This document shows, one piece after another, positions 22,738 through 36,460 of a DNA stretch of 64,000 nt. Positions within the stretch are counted from its first letter, which is position 1. The number at the start of each line of letters is the position of its first letter. The notes under the pieces were generated by a model, which was not told where the DNA came from, did not search any database, and saw only the letters and a program-made list of their open reading frames with translations. A program made the translations under genes and the position numbers. The stretch covers positions 109,616-173,615 of the forward strand of contig CDMY01000189.1 of NCBI GenBank assembly GCA_001179505.1, given 5' to 3'. This stretch comes from Vitrella brassicaformis CCMP3155 (Eukaryota > Protista > Chromerida).

Positions 22738-25700
22738 ATGAAGCATCTTCGATGCATCCTGAGCCTCCTTCTCCTCCTCCTGCTCCTCGCGCAAGCCAAA
22801 GATCTCACCTCTACCGCTGACGCCGGCACCACAGCGGTAGGTAACACACACGCACACCCGCCACACACAGGGACCACACAACGCAGATCACGCCCAGAGA
22901 GATCTCACATGCTGGCGTGTTGGTGTGTGTTTCCTGGCAGGTATCTGCCCATCCGCCGCCGGAGAGCGGCACTCCGACATCTGGCGAGAGATCGGAGGCC
23001 TCGCCACAGCCGGCGGAGGCAGCGGAGGGGTCGGCGGGCCAGCAGGAGAACCACACACAGACACAGACGCCGACGGAGAGGAGGGAGGAGCCACCGGCAG
23101 AGGAAGCGGCGAATGGTGCATCGCCGCCACCAGCTGAGGCCACAGCCACCGACAGTGGCGACCATGCAGCTGACGCACGAGGTGGTGGTGATGGTGATGG
23201 TGAGGCATCGAAAGAAGAGCCCCCCACCGCCTCCCCTGCACCCACAGCAGCAGCAGCGTCACCACCAACAGCGGCGGCACAGCCACATGGTGCAGAGGCG
23301 ACAGACACGGACCAGGATAAGCCGACAGAGGTAGGTGACATAGCTACACGAAGAGAGTCCACACACAACACAGCACTCATTGATTGCCTACCATACGATT
23401 TGATTTCGTCCAACCATCCCATCTGTCTGTCTGTCTGTCCGTCTGTCTGTATGTGTGTCTGTGTCTGCCACCAGGCCGCAGCCAGTACGTCTGATGTGCT
23501 GACTGCCGCCACACGCGGCGAGGAAGCAGCGACACCGATAGATGCCGAGTCTAGTGGCACCAACCAGCCAGATGAGCCCCCCTCCCCCTCCCCCGCCTCC
23601 CCATCTGAGGCACCACCACCACCAGATGGCCACTCAGATCAGCCGCCGACACACGAGCAGCAGCCAGTGGTAGATCACGAGTCGAGGCGCCTTGATGAGG
23701 AGAGGCCACCTGGTCAGCAACCCAGTGAGGCCCCGCAGCCAACGGCCCCAGTGGCAAAGGACCAGACCCCTTCGGATGAGCCGCCCGCCGCCCCAACACG
23801 CGAGGACGTCGGCCACGAGCAGCAGCAAGAGGCGCCATCATCGCCCCCCACCCCTCCCCCTCCCCCTCCCTCGACCCCCGCACCAGCGCAACAGCAGCAG
23901 CAGAGGCAGCAACGACAGGTGACTCCCAGACCAACACCTGCTGCTGCACAACCGGGGTCAGAGGCCCCGACGAGGAGAGTTGACCGACCGACGCCCACCC
24001 CACCACCCCCACAACGGCGCGTGCAGGAGGCCTCAGAGCCCACAGGGGCTCCAGCGGTCTCAGAGGCCCCAGCGAGGCGAGTTGAGCCCACCCCACCACC
24101 CCCACCAGCCCCGCAGCCTCCTTCAGAGGCACAGGCACCCGATTCTGCTGCGGTGCCGTCCGCTCCCTCTCCCTCCCCTGGCCAGCAGCAGCAGCAACAG
24201 CAGCGACGGCGGGGCTCTTTCTCGCAGCTGTACCACCGCCAGCAGGAGCAGCAGCAGGTCACACCACCGCCACCTCCGCCCCAACAGGAGCACCACCACC
24301 ACCAGCAGCAAGTGACGCCGCCTCCCCCCGGCCCGTCACGCTCTCACATGGATGCACCACCGGTTGTCACGCCGCCCCCCGAAGCCGTCCATACGGCAGC
24401 AGATGACGCCCATGACGTCCACGATGCTCATCCTCTTCAAGAAGAGGCAGAGGCAGAGTGGGACGAGCACGAGATGCGCGAGATGGAGGGCATGCCCTTC
24501 TTCGACGACGACTACGAGGATAACGTCTACGGCGAGGACTTCATCGACAGTGACCATCCTCACCACGAGCACCAGCACCAGCATCAGCACGAGCCCCACG
24601 AGCCCGTCACCAAGCCGCCCACGTGCCGCGCGGGCGATGGGGAGAGCTGCCAGGTGCAGCCGGACGGCAGCCCTCTTGTCGACTGGAACCAGGTGCAGCA
24701 GCAGCTGATTGACCAGGAGCAGGAGGACCACCAGGGCAACGATCCAGAGGCTCCTCCGAGCAAGAAGGAGAGAGAGGGGGAGGGCGGTGCTGCCAAGACA
24801 GAGACACAGCCACAGGCACAGCCGCAGAAAGAGGCAAAGGCGGTGGGTGCCGGCTTGTTGAAGAGGATGGTTGGGTGGATGGGTGTGGCGGCCCGAAGGA
24901 CGACACACGGCATACGGCGGCTGACGGGAGTGACAGGCAAGCTCCGTCGGCCCACGGACCCACCAGGTCTCTCTCCATCGACATGTTTCTCTGTGTGTCT
25001 GTCTGGTGTGCAGGTGGTTTGGGGCTGGTACCACTGATGGAGTGGACGGCCAGCGGCGCTCAGCTAATCAAGTCGGTGGCCCAGCAGCAGGAGGGGCCCA
25101 CTCAGTATGTCATATTCATCGCGGCCGTCGCGATGGTAAGCCAATGGGACCCTCACACACACACACACACACACACACCCCTGGCTGCATCTGTCTCCTT
25201 GTGTCTCGTGTGTGCAGGGCCTGTATGCCTTTTGGTGCGGGTTCGTGTGGGTGTGGCCGCCCGAGAAGGACCAAACCGACTTCAAATGTACCCCACCACA
25301 CACATGACACACACCACACCACCCCCGGCCGCCTCACCGCCTCCATTACGTATGTGTGTGTGCAGATCGCGGCGGCCAATACCACTTTGAGATAATGAGG
25401 GAGCTGCACGGCATGCGAGAGTGAGCCAACCACACCCCACAGCCCAAAGACACAGCAGCAAGCAGACCATTGTCCTTCCCTCCCTGTGTGTGCAGTGCCA
25501 TCAAGCGTGTGCAGCAGCAGCAGGACCAGCAGAAGCTCTCCGACCTCGACACGCGCACCCAGGCCATGGCAGCCAAGCTCACCGCCCTCGAGAAGTCACT
25601 CACCAACACCGCGATTGTCAGCTCATCAGCAGCACCTTCAAGCAGGCCCCCAGCGCCCCCCTCGCCAGTGCCCTCAGCAGCAGAGAGGCCGCCCACAGTG

Positions 25701-27631
25701 CCCATTATCACATCGCCGCCACCCTCTGAAGCGAGTAAGACAGAGAGGGGGGGAGGCTTTGTGCAGAGGGGTGTGGTTGATGGCGTGGTGCTGGTGGTTT
25801 GGCTCGTGTGGGTGTGCTGTGTCTGCAGATTTCTCTGTGCGTGGGGTGTCGCTGAGCGAGCGGCTGATTCTGCGGACGATCAAGGAGAACCTCAACGACC
25901 TGCACCAGCGGCACACCGACATGAGCAACATTCTCCTGGCCTCACACCAGTACGCTACGCCCAGCACCCCAGCCACTCACATCACAGACACAGCACAGGT
26001 GTATCTCTCTCTCTCTCTCTGCCAGGGATCTCATGCGAGCGGTCGCCTACCTGCTCCCGCCAGACCTCCGTGCCGAGCTCGTTCGGCGCATCTCGCACCC
26101 CCGCCCCGAGAGGCCCCTGGCCATCACGTCGCCCGAGCGCCGTCAGCGAGCCCCCCACACCAAGACAACCACCACCCCAGCCAAGCCGTACGACGTCCCG
26201 CTGCCTCCCAATTTCGTCCCGCCCCCACCGCCTGCTGTGCCCGTCACACACACGCACACCCACAGCAGGAGTGAGGTTGACGGGTCGACCAAGAGTAGTG
26301 GTGGTGGTGGGCCGCCGGAGACCTCTGTGTGTGAGGGGGGAGATGCGGATGGCGCTGATGGGGAGAAGGCGGCCTCGCCCCAGGTCATGCACAACAACAA
26401 CAACACCACGGCCGCGGCGAATGCGGAGCGGTGGGAGGCCGATGCCGAGGCCGGTGTCGATGTGGACGTGGATGTGGAGGGAGGTGGAGGGAGTGGGGGA
26501 GGGGGCGTGGCGACGGCAACCACCAGCATGACCAACGTCGCCCCTACTGAGGAGGAGCCCGCCCCCCAGCCAACACCGTCTCCCGCAGGCTCACCCTCAC
26601 CAGTCAAGAAGGAGACCGGCGACCTTTTCCCAGACAGCACGCCCTCCCAGGACCTCTTCCCAATGATTCCCAATCATTCTCCCGAGAACGATTTTTTCAC
26701 CTCCACCAACCAAGAGATGGAGATGGGCGGTGGGGGCGGGGCGTCGGTGACGCACCTCTCCTCCAACACCATGATGGACGAGGTGGGTGTGGGTGGGTTT
26801 GGAATTGGCAGCAGGAGGGAGACCATCAGCAGCACCAGTGGCAGCTATGGTACTGCTGGTGCTGGGGGCGAGATGGGCTACATCGGCATGGGTGTGGGTG
26901 TGGGTGTGGAGGGCGGCCTGGGCTTCCCCGCACAGAACACCCCACAGGCCTTCCAGCAGCAGCCGCCGCCGCCGCAGCCGCCAGGATTTGCCGTGCAGTC
27001 CCCGGCTAATGCCAATCTCGTCAACGGCCCGGTGCACCCCCACCCCCACGCCCATATGACCCACCCGCACCCGCACCATCCTCACGTCAAGAGAGGTGGC
27101 ACTCCTTCGCACTTCTTTGACGATCGCCAGCAGCAGCAGCAGCAGCAGCCGCCCATCATCGCGACCCCCACACACAACCACAGCCCGCACCCGCACCCCC
27201 AGGCCGGCTCTCTCCCCAACGGCATCCCCACGACCCTGAGTGTGCCCGCTCACGCGGCACACGCGACCCTCAGCCCTTCTAGCATGACCAGCCCACACAC
27301 AGCAACACCGGCTGCAGCAGCAGCTGCTGCTTCTCCTGCAGTGGTGACACGAGGAGGAGGCAGGCCGACCCCTGTAGCCCCTGCAGCAACGAAGAACCCC
27401 TTCGGGGCACCTGGCATGCAGGTTTCTCCTCCTCCAGGTGCCGGTGGTGGTGTGGGGGGTGCAGGCGGTGGTGGTGGTGGTGGTCGGGCGGTGCTGCCGC
27501 ATCTGCGTCCAAATGCGAACGCGATGTTGGCGGCACAGATGCCGCCGCCATTTGGTGGGGCTGGTGTTGGGCCTGGTGGTGGGACACAGCAGCAGCCGCT
27601 CAACCCCAAACAAAACCCATTCGGTGAGTGA
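22738..27631 (+). CDS. Large type I membrane protein, paralog A (signal peptide, P/Q/E-rich ectodomain, single TM, coiled coil, Pro-rich tail)
   Basis: Leader MKHLRCILSLLLLLLLLAQA; TM YVIFIAAVAMGLYAFWCGFVWVW; ORFs 22917-25037, 25470-26531 and 26033-27631; ends KQNPFGE*. Confidence 0.7.
24898..25376 (+). repeat. Near-identical inverted duplicated block, copy 1 (partner 34049-34528)
   Basis: Direct comparison shows exons and introns nearly identical to the reverse complement of 34049-34528. Confidence 0.95.
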
Positions 27632-27667
27632 GTGACTAAGGCGAGAAAGAGACAGACAGCTTTGTAA

Positions 27668-27705
<38 letters not shown>

Positions 27706-28744
27706 TGTGCATTGCAGCGCACCACCGATGAGTCTCGGGGTCGATAGACACCAGCGGATGGATGGGAGGCGCTAGCTGCATTAGATGTGGGGACCTTAGC
27801 TTGGCCAGGCCAGCGTAGCCTAGCGTAGCGTGAGTGGCTGCCATTCAATGCATTGCCTGAGGGGGTGGTCAGGTGGGGTGATAGCCCCCGCGTTTTATAC
27901 ACATCATGATTTCACCTTATGAGTGAGTGACTAATGCGTTAGTGTGCTTGCCTTGCCGTGTGCGGGCTGGGCTGCCATGACGGGTCATGCGGTTGAGGTG
28001 CGATTGGTAGCCAGACGAACGACCAGGGAGGCAGCCGGCCGGGTAGGTACGTAGATGGGCGGGGGGCTCAGCTTATCGATGCGCCTCGCCGACGAGAAGA
28101 TGATCGGGCGAGGTGTAATTCGTCAGCCAGCCAGCCAGCCAGTGGGAACCAATGAGAGGCCCCTTTGTGTGCGCGGCGCGTGCATTACATATGGATTGGT
28201 TTGTGTGCGTCCCGTCCCGTCCGTGAGTGGTCGAGTGGATGGTGGGACCGTGCTGTGAGTGTGTGTGTGTGTCCTTTATCCATCCATCTCTTCATCCACC
28301 TATGACGTAATGCCTGCCTTAATGAGTGCGTGGTGCGTGGTGCGTGTTGTGTGCATCCCCCCATTCCTTCGACGAACTGGTGGGCCTGTGTGTGTTTGTG
28401 TTTGTGCGCGCGTGTGTGTTTGTCTACCGGTTTGTATGGCCGTGATGTGTGCTGTGGTGCGGTACGGTGCGTGAGGACGCGTTTCAATGAATGGCATATA
28501 TTGGCCGGTGCTGTGGAATTCAATCGGGTGAGGGCATACATCGATGGGGTCGCCCATGGATGGAGCTGCAGCCATCTGTCTGTCTGTCTGGGTGGGCGGG
28601 TATGTATTTTTGTCTTGGGCGTAGAAATGGCATCTCAGTCAGACCGTATAACACACAAGACACACAAGACACACAAAACACACAAATACGGCACAAAAGA
28701 CAGACAGACAGACCGCCATCGCCCCTCCTATCTAGCTCCATCAT

Positions 28745-29975
28745 CTATCGCTGGGCGCCATCGATCGTTTCTCTCAGCCACAGCTGCAATGGTGACACAG
28801 GGATGGCTGGCACCGCTTCGGTCACACACACACACAACACACACACACACACGCCATTGATTGCACATCCACTGCTGAGGTGAGGTGGGTGTTCGGTGCG
28901 CACACTGACTTGGGAAGTCGGCTGCCATCTGCAGACTGATCCCAGCATAGTAGCCATTGAAGGCGAGCCTGACGATGAATCGCAGCCCTCCAGGGCTGGA
29001 ATGGTGTGAAGCAGCTTGCGGATGGTCATGATGCCGTAGATGGGATTGGGCAGCTGGGGGGCGACGTCGGCGAGCGGCTTGAACGAAAACGGCGACGCGA
29101 AGAGGACGGCAAACTCCTGCAAAGAGAAGAGAGGCACGAGAGGAAATACACAGGCGACATGATTGGTGTGCTGTTCATATATCTGTCGACTGTATGGTGT
29201 GTGCACTGCACATACTGGCAAGGCCTGCTCCATCAAAAAACGACTCAGCGCATGTTTCGCTGCGTCGATGTACTTGAGGCCGTATTCGCTATATGCTGCA
29301 TCGCCTTCGCCGGATGCTGCCCAGAAGGCGCCGTAAGGGAAGCGAAGGCAGACCTTCGCCGCGACCGAGTGGTAGTCCGGGAAAGGGAGCTGCATCAAGC
29401 GCCTGCACCACCGGACCGGGTCGTCGCAGACGGGGTCGGGCAGCAGCCCGTCCATGACGCCCTTCTTGAATGGCAGCATGCCATGGACGCCCTTGTCATG
29501 GACGCCCTTCCCGTATGACAGCAGCACGATCGTCCAGAAGATGAGAACCATGAGCCGGAGGACGAAGAAGCCCCACAGGTCCTGCAGCGACGGGATGAGC
29601 ATCGAAGCGAGCGGGGGGACCGTCGGGTACACGCTGCAGTGCGGACACGCAATTGATACAGACAGAGAATGAATAGAAGTCGGTCGCTCGGTGCGGATGG
29701 ATGGATGGATGGCTGTGATGCTGTGCGACGCGCCATTTGTGTACCTCCTGCAGATCTCACAGCGGGCCGGATCTTGGCCTGAGAGAGAACACACGAATGA
29801 AGCCACGGTGCCACCAGCCCATCCATCTATCCATCCATCCATTCTCACTCGCTGACTTACTCATGTTACGCCATTTCTCGAGGCATTTCCAATGAGCGAT
29901 GCGGCACTTGCACGGTTTCTCAAGTATGCCCTCCGCCGAGCCGCCCCAGCAGATGAAGCACATCTGATCCTCCAT
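28745..29975 (-). CDS. RINGv (RING-CH, C4HC3) E3 ubiquitin ligase with a following TM segment
   Basis: CFICWGGSAEGILEKPCKCRIAHWKCLEKWR...CEICR, then hydrophobic LWGFFVLRLMVLIFWTIVLLSY. The 3' end is uncertain. Confidence 0.75.
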
Positions 29976-30495
29976 TGTCGACGTCAAAGCTCACACGCGA
30001 GGACTTGCGGGATCACGTTCGAAATCGGGTGTTTACATCAGATTACTTTGTAAACACTGGGAAGGGGAGCGCCTCAGCTGTCCCTTCTCTCTCCGGCCGT
30101 TTCGTCCGTCTTCTGTCTGTCCCACTAGATACCATTGGGCCTGAAATGGTTTCTGCCTCAGGGCCTGCCTGCAATGAAGTCAGGGTGGTATTTGTCTTAG
30201 GCGTAGTGTGGACACGTCAGTCAGACCATACACAACACAACACAGTACACAAGACAGCCGACCAGACAGCCACTCATCCCGCTACAGAACTCTCCCCCTG
30301 AGTCCCCTCCCTTCCCTCTATCATTCTCTGTTGTATCTCTATCAATCATCTTGTCCCTCCCGTATCTTGTCTGTCGTTATCAAGATCTTGTTTGCTTGTG
30401 TGGCTGATGGGTGATGATGGCCCGCCTCTATCATCACTTGCGGCGGCCCAGCAAGCCACCTAAGCCAGCTGCAACACACACGAAGAGACGCACAA

Positions 30496-33139
30496 TCATC
30501 CAAAGAGGTCCCCAACAAAGGGCATGCACTCTGATTGCTCACTGGTGGGAGGTCTGTCTTCCTTGGGTGTGGGCAGAAATTTTGCATTGTAGGCCTGCTG
30601 CTGAAGGCCAATGTTCTTATACATGTTTTGGTCCCGCAGGTGGGGGAGGAGTCTGCCTCCCGGCACCCTCTTCGAAGGCGTCCCTGACCCAGCTGTAGGG
30701 GGCGGGGGCAGCTCGGTGGTCATGTTGTGGCCATACTTGATGCGCTGGATGTTGAGCTCCTCGGCCGTGGGGGGAAGCTTCTTGGGCGTGGGGCCTAGGG
30801 CCATGTTTGTTATCTGTATGCCATGCCATGCCAGCCAGGACAGCCAATTGGCGACAGACACATTGCGACTGTAAAGGACCTTGACTCACCTCGTCGCCAA
30901 AGGAAGAAGACAGAGAGTATCGGCGGGAGTCTATGTTGATATGCTGCGATGTGGGGGTGGCCGCGGGGCTCTGTTGCTGCTTGGGCGCGAAAGGATTGGT
31001 CGTCACGACCGGCTCTGTGACCTGCAGGCAGGCAGGCAGGCAGGCAGGCAGGGGAGAGAGAGACACCGACAGAGATGTATTCCATGGATGGTGGCGAGCC
31101 ATGACTGTACGCACGGGCGTCTGTCTGTTTGTGTCCCTTACCGCCATATGTGTGCGAACCGGAGACTGCTGCTGCTTCTGCTGCTGCTCGCCCAGCATCC
31201 GAGCGCTCAGCTCCTCAGCGCTCAGCTTGTGAGGGGTCAGCTTCTGAGCGCTCTGCTGCTGAGCGCTCTGCTGCTGCTGCTGCTGCTGAGCGCTCTGCTG
31301 CTGAGCACTCTGCTGGGGCTCCTGGCCACTGGCGCCGCCACCCATGTGCACGGTCCCTCCCTGCTGCACAGCCACACAAGCAAACGGAGACATAACACGC
31401 ATGTCCACTGTTCTGTTTGTCTGTCTCCGTTTGTCTGTTGGCCCCCTCCCCCCTCCCCCTCCCTCAAGCCCTCCCTCCCTCACGCACCGTCTGTGTCGTC
31501 GGGGGCACCTTGGGCATGTCTGTCGCTGTCGTCTGGGCAGCATACGGCGTGAAGAAGCCAGGCATCTGCGCCTGCTTCGGGGCGGCCTTGGCCGTCTTGG
31601 GTGTGGGGGTGCCCGACAGCTGCTGCTGCTGCGGCTGCGAAGTGGGTGTCTTGGGAGGAGGACCAGATGGCGGTTGCGTGCCGGCCTTGGGCACAGGAAG
31701 CGACGGATGCGCCTTGCCCACCCACTGCTGCTGCTGCAGCTGCTGCAGGGGCTGAACCATCGGCTGCTGCTGCTGCTGCACGGGGGGCTGCACAACTGGC
31801 TGCATGAGATGCATTTTGGGCGAGGCAGTGGGCTGTTTGGGTGAGCCGGAGGGCTGCTTCGGTGAGGCAGCTTTGGGGGAGGCAGCGGCACCACTTACGA
31901 CCTCTCCATGTCCTTTCTGCTGCTCCTCCTTCGGCCCCGGTTGCTGCTGCACCTGCTGAAACTGCTGCACCCGCTGCACTTGCTGCACCTGCTGCGCCTG
32001 GCCCTCTTCCACACCGACATCCACACCAATACCGAATTCCTGGCCAGGGCCACCCACACCACCGCCCCCCACCACAAACCGGGTAGCATTGGGTGTGTCG
32101 TCAAACAACGAATCTATGGGCTTCTTGCCCTCCTGCTCGGTCGCAGCACGGTTCAACACGCCCTCCTTCGCCGCAGCAACACCATCAGCAACACCGCCAC
32201 GGGGCACCTGCTTGGGAATGGGCGTGTCGACGGTCGAGGCGCGAGCCTTGGGTGCTGGTGGCGAGGGCATCTTGGGAAGGGCTGGGGAGGTCTTTGCAGT
32301 GGCTGGAGTGTCTTTGGCGACCAGACGGGCGGCCCCGGGCGTGCTGGGGATGGATGCCTCCGCGTCGGGCTCACGGGCCTTTTTGCCGCCAGCAGTAGTC
32401 TTGACCGTCGTGGGAGGCGTCAGGGGCACCACCGTCACTGCCTTTCCCTGCACCTCCTGCTGCTGCTGTACCTGCTGGACCTGCTGGACCTGCTGGACTT
32501 GCACCTGCTGTTGCTGTTCCACCACAACCGGTGTCTCCGTCTCTGTCTCTGTCTTCTTCGGTGCCTCCTCCTTCTGTTGTGTGAGCTCCTCTTTCTTGAC
32601 GGGCGGCTCTGCCTTCTGCTCCTCCTGCTCCTCCTTCTCCTCCTTGGCCTTGCCAACGACCACCACCTCACGTTCCTGCACGGCCTCCTTGACCAACACG
32701 GGAGCCGCTTTCTCCGATTTCTCCACCTTGACGTCCCTCGTGGGGCCCATCTGCCCCACCGCATTCCCCGAGCTAAGCGCGACGCCGGCCACTGGGGGCG
32801 GGGTGCCGATGGGCGTGTGAGGGGTCTCACTGCCAAGAGGAGGGAAGAGGATGCTCGTGTCTTTGCCTTTGTCTTTGCCGACGGCTGATCTGGGGCGGTG
32901 TCGGGGTGAGAGGCGCTCCAGCTTGGGTGGCTGCTGGCTGGGCCAGGATGGGGAGAGGGAGGCGCCGAAGAGCTGGGGCGCCTCGTTGCCGAACTGGTCG
33001 AAGGTGGCGTGGATGATGCATTGAACCGCCGAGTCCTGCATCGACGACTTGATCTTCATCAGGTCCTTCAGGGTCTTTCCTTGGAGCGCCCAGAGCCTGA
33101 TTGCGTCAATCAGTGTGACAAAGCCGTGACGTGTGTGTG

Positions 33140-33174
<35 letters not shown>

Positions 33175-36100
33175 GCTGTAGGCATGTCGCTGACCCTTTG
33201 ATCTCTTGCAGCTGAGCGTCGATCTGGCAGTGAGTGCCGTCCTGGAGGAATCTGAGGATCTCTCGGCGGTGGTCGGCCGCGCTGTCCATCCTCTTGTAGT
33301 ACTCCTCGTGCAATTCACCGTAGAGGTTCGAGAGATGCTCGTAGCCCCGGTCTCTCGATGCTGCACACACCACCGAACACACCACACCAGCAGAGTGAGA
33401 AACGGCGCCCTTTCCCTCTCTCTCTCCCTCCCTCCCTGCCTCCCTCTGTGTACCTCTGTGTATCTGCTGCCTCTTTCTTACCAATGCTGGATGAGACCAT
33501 CTTGGCGAGTTCGATCTGGTTCTTCTCACATGTCTCCACCTTCTTGACGAGGGCCGTGCTGACCCGCTGCTGCTGGGTGGCAGTCTCTTCCTGCCGCTTG
33601 CTAGACTCTTCCTGCCGCTTGCTAAGCTCGGTCAGCATGGCTTTGAGAGCCTCAAACTGCTCGTGAGACACGGACTGTTGCTGCTGGGTGGCGATCGTGG
33701 TGGTGGAGGTGGGGGATACTGAAGGGGAGGAGGGAGCAGCAGCTGCTGGAGCAGCTGATGTTGTGCGAGGTGTCTTCTGTTTCTCGGCCTCTTGTTGCTG
33801 CTGCTGCTGAGGCTGTTCTTGCTGCCTTGGCTGGTCCGTCTGTTGTGCCTGTCGGGCTACCCACGAGTGAACGTCTTCCAGCAGCTTGGCCATTTTCTTG
33901 AAGGACCTGCGAACGTGATCGATCGCACGGATACAGTGGGGGATGGAGTGGCTGCATATTGGGTGTCTCTGCCTGTGTGTGTCTGTGTCTGTGTGTGTGC
34001 TTACATCCGCATGCCGTGGACTTCCCGGATGATTTCCCAGTGGTATATGCCGCCGCGATCTGCACACACACACACACGCAATGGCAGCGGTGAGGCGGCC
34101 GGGGGTGGTGTCGTGTGTGTCATGTGTGTGGTGGGGTACATTTGAAGTCGGCTTGGTCCTTCTCGGGCGGCCACACCCACACGAACCCGCACCAAAAGGC
34201 ATACAGGCCCTGCACACACGAGACACAAGGAGACAGATGCAGCCAGGGGTGTGTGTGTGTGTGTGTGTGTGTGAGGGTCCCATTGGCTTACCATCGCGAC
34301 GGCCGCGATGAATATGACATACTGAGTGGGCCCCTCCTGCTGCTGGGCCACCGACTTGATTAGCTGAGCGCCGCTGGCCGTCCACTCCATCAGTGGTACC
34401 AGCCCCAAACCACCTGCACACCAGACACACACAGAGAAATGTGAAATGTCGACGGAGACCTGGTGGGCCCGTGTGCTGGGGGAGCTTGCCTGTCACTCCC
34501 GTCAGCCGCCGTATGCCGTGTGTCGTCCGCAAAGCGGTACAGCCCATCAGGCCCTTGACTCCCTCCCAGCTCCTCACCTCCCTCAACCGATCCACACCCA
34601 CCCACATCGCCGCGTCCCTCACTGTGTCCGTGACCCTTCTCCACACCATCTCCACCGTGGACAGCTCCTCCATTCTCGGCTGCTTGATCCACTCCAGCAT
34701 AGGTGTCCCGTCGGGCGCCACCAGGCAGCTGGAGGGGTCGCTTTTGCGGCAGGTTGGGGCGGCTTCGGGTTCAGCTACATCGGCTGATGCGTCTGCCATG
34801 ACGACGGGCTCTGCCTCCTCCGGCAGGGTGTCCTCGGTGCGAGGCGGCTCGTCGCTCGCCTGGTGGTGGGTCGGGGGTGTAGGTGGCTGTGGGGGAGGGG
34901 TCGGAGGGGGTGGCTGCTGTTGCTGCCAGTCTTGATGTGCTGGGGGGGCGGTGGGTGGAGGGGTGGCGGGCAATCGTGGCTCTTCCTGTCGATGCTCGTG
35001 CTGCTGCTGAGCTGTGTCATCGTGTGTGGGTGGTGTGGGGGGTTGCTCGTCTCTATGGTCCTCTCTTGCCGCTTCGGGTGTCGGCTGAGAAGGCCTCTCG
35101 TTGACATCTAGGCCCCTCGACTCGTCTGACATTGGGTGCTGGTCGTGTGTCGGCTGTGGGGACTGATCGGTGTACGGGCTAGAATCTGGCCTCTCCTCAT
35201 CAAAATGCCTCGACTCATGGTCTACTACTGGCTGCTGCTCGTGTGTCGGTGCCTGATCTGAGTGGCCGACTGCCGTTGGTGCTGCTGGTGGTGGATCAGG
35301 TGGGGAGGAGGGGGCGGGCGAGGGCGGCTCAAACAGCTGTCCATCGTTGGTGGTGCCGGCGATGGTCGTGTGGGCGTCAGCCTCTTCGGCTGCCTGTGAG
35401 TCCTGCTCCTGTGCGGCCCCAGTCGGCACTTCGGACTCAGTGGCTGTAACCTGGGGGAAGGCGCACACACACACACACACACACAGACGGATGGGTGAAG
35501 TTGTGTGGTGGTCAGTGAGTGATGTCCGTGCCCAGGCTGTCTACCTCTGCTGTCTCGGCTTCTCCCTCGTGTGCCTCCTCAGTCTCAACAGCTTGATCTG
35601 CTGAATCAGCACTGGTAGAGTGGCGGTCCTCCGTGGGCCTGCCCTCATCATCACGTGCACCAGCTTCGTGGTTCCCTTGGTCTTGGCCTTCGCCAGCTTC
35701 TTGTTGGTCCCTTGGGGTGTGCGTGGGCTGAGTTATCTCAGCTGCCGTAGTGCCGTCCTCACTGGAGCTTCCCTCGGACGGTTTGTGGCCTGGATGGTCG
35801 GGGCGGTGCCCGACGGTCGGCGTAGGCCGGATCTCCTCAACTGGGCTAGCGGTCGTCTCGGATGGGGTGTTGGCTGCTGCCTCGCCCGACTCCGCTGCCT
35901 CACCCTGTCGTGACTTTTCCTCAGTTGACTCCTCCCGTCTGTGCTGTTCCTCCCCTGAGTGCTCCGGTGTCTCCTCCTGGTGATGGGGGCTGTGACTGTC
36001 GCCCTCTACGGTGTCGTCCGGGTGTGTGTCGGCCTCAGCGGGGCCGTGGGAGTCAGCAGACGGCGGGTCGGGAGCTCCCGTCTCCTGTGCCTCTTGTGGA

Positions 36101-36460
36101 CGGTCTGGCTGCTCCACAGGCTCATTCCTGGGGCCGTTCCGAGGAAAGTGCGTTGGAATCTGAGGGAGACGGCACGGAGAGGGTGTTCCCGACACACACT
36201 GCGATGCCCCAGACCCTCTCTGACTCACCCGGTGGTTTGGCTGCGGCACCCAGTAGTCGCCCCGATAGATTTTCCCCTCGTCAGCAAAGACGCCTCCCGG
36301 GGTTCTCTCGTCCGGATGGTCGCTCTCCGGCGCCCAGACCTGCACACACCACCCCAGTGTGCCGATTTCTGTTGCACTGACGGTGCGGTGCACCGCAGCT
36401 TACGTTGAGAACGAGCGAGGCCGTGAGAAATGCGAAGAAAGGTAAGCTTATCAACATCAT
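30496..36460 (-). CDS. Large type I membrane protein, paralog B
   Basis: Spliced leader MMLISLPFFAFLTASLVLN|VWA. The TM exons are nearly identical to paralog A. ORFs 35512-36393, 33315-35480, 31464-33185 and 30496-30861; ends GDLFG*. Confidence 0.7.
34049..34528 (-). repeat. Near-identical inverted duplicated block, copy 2
   Basis: Reverse complement of 24898-25376. Confidence 0.95.

Noticed and set aside
22615-22881. Minus-strand ORF overlapping the start of paralog A
   Set aside because: It is the antisense shadow of the Leu-rich signal-peptide exon.
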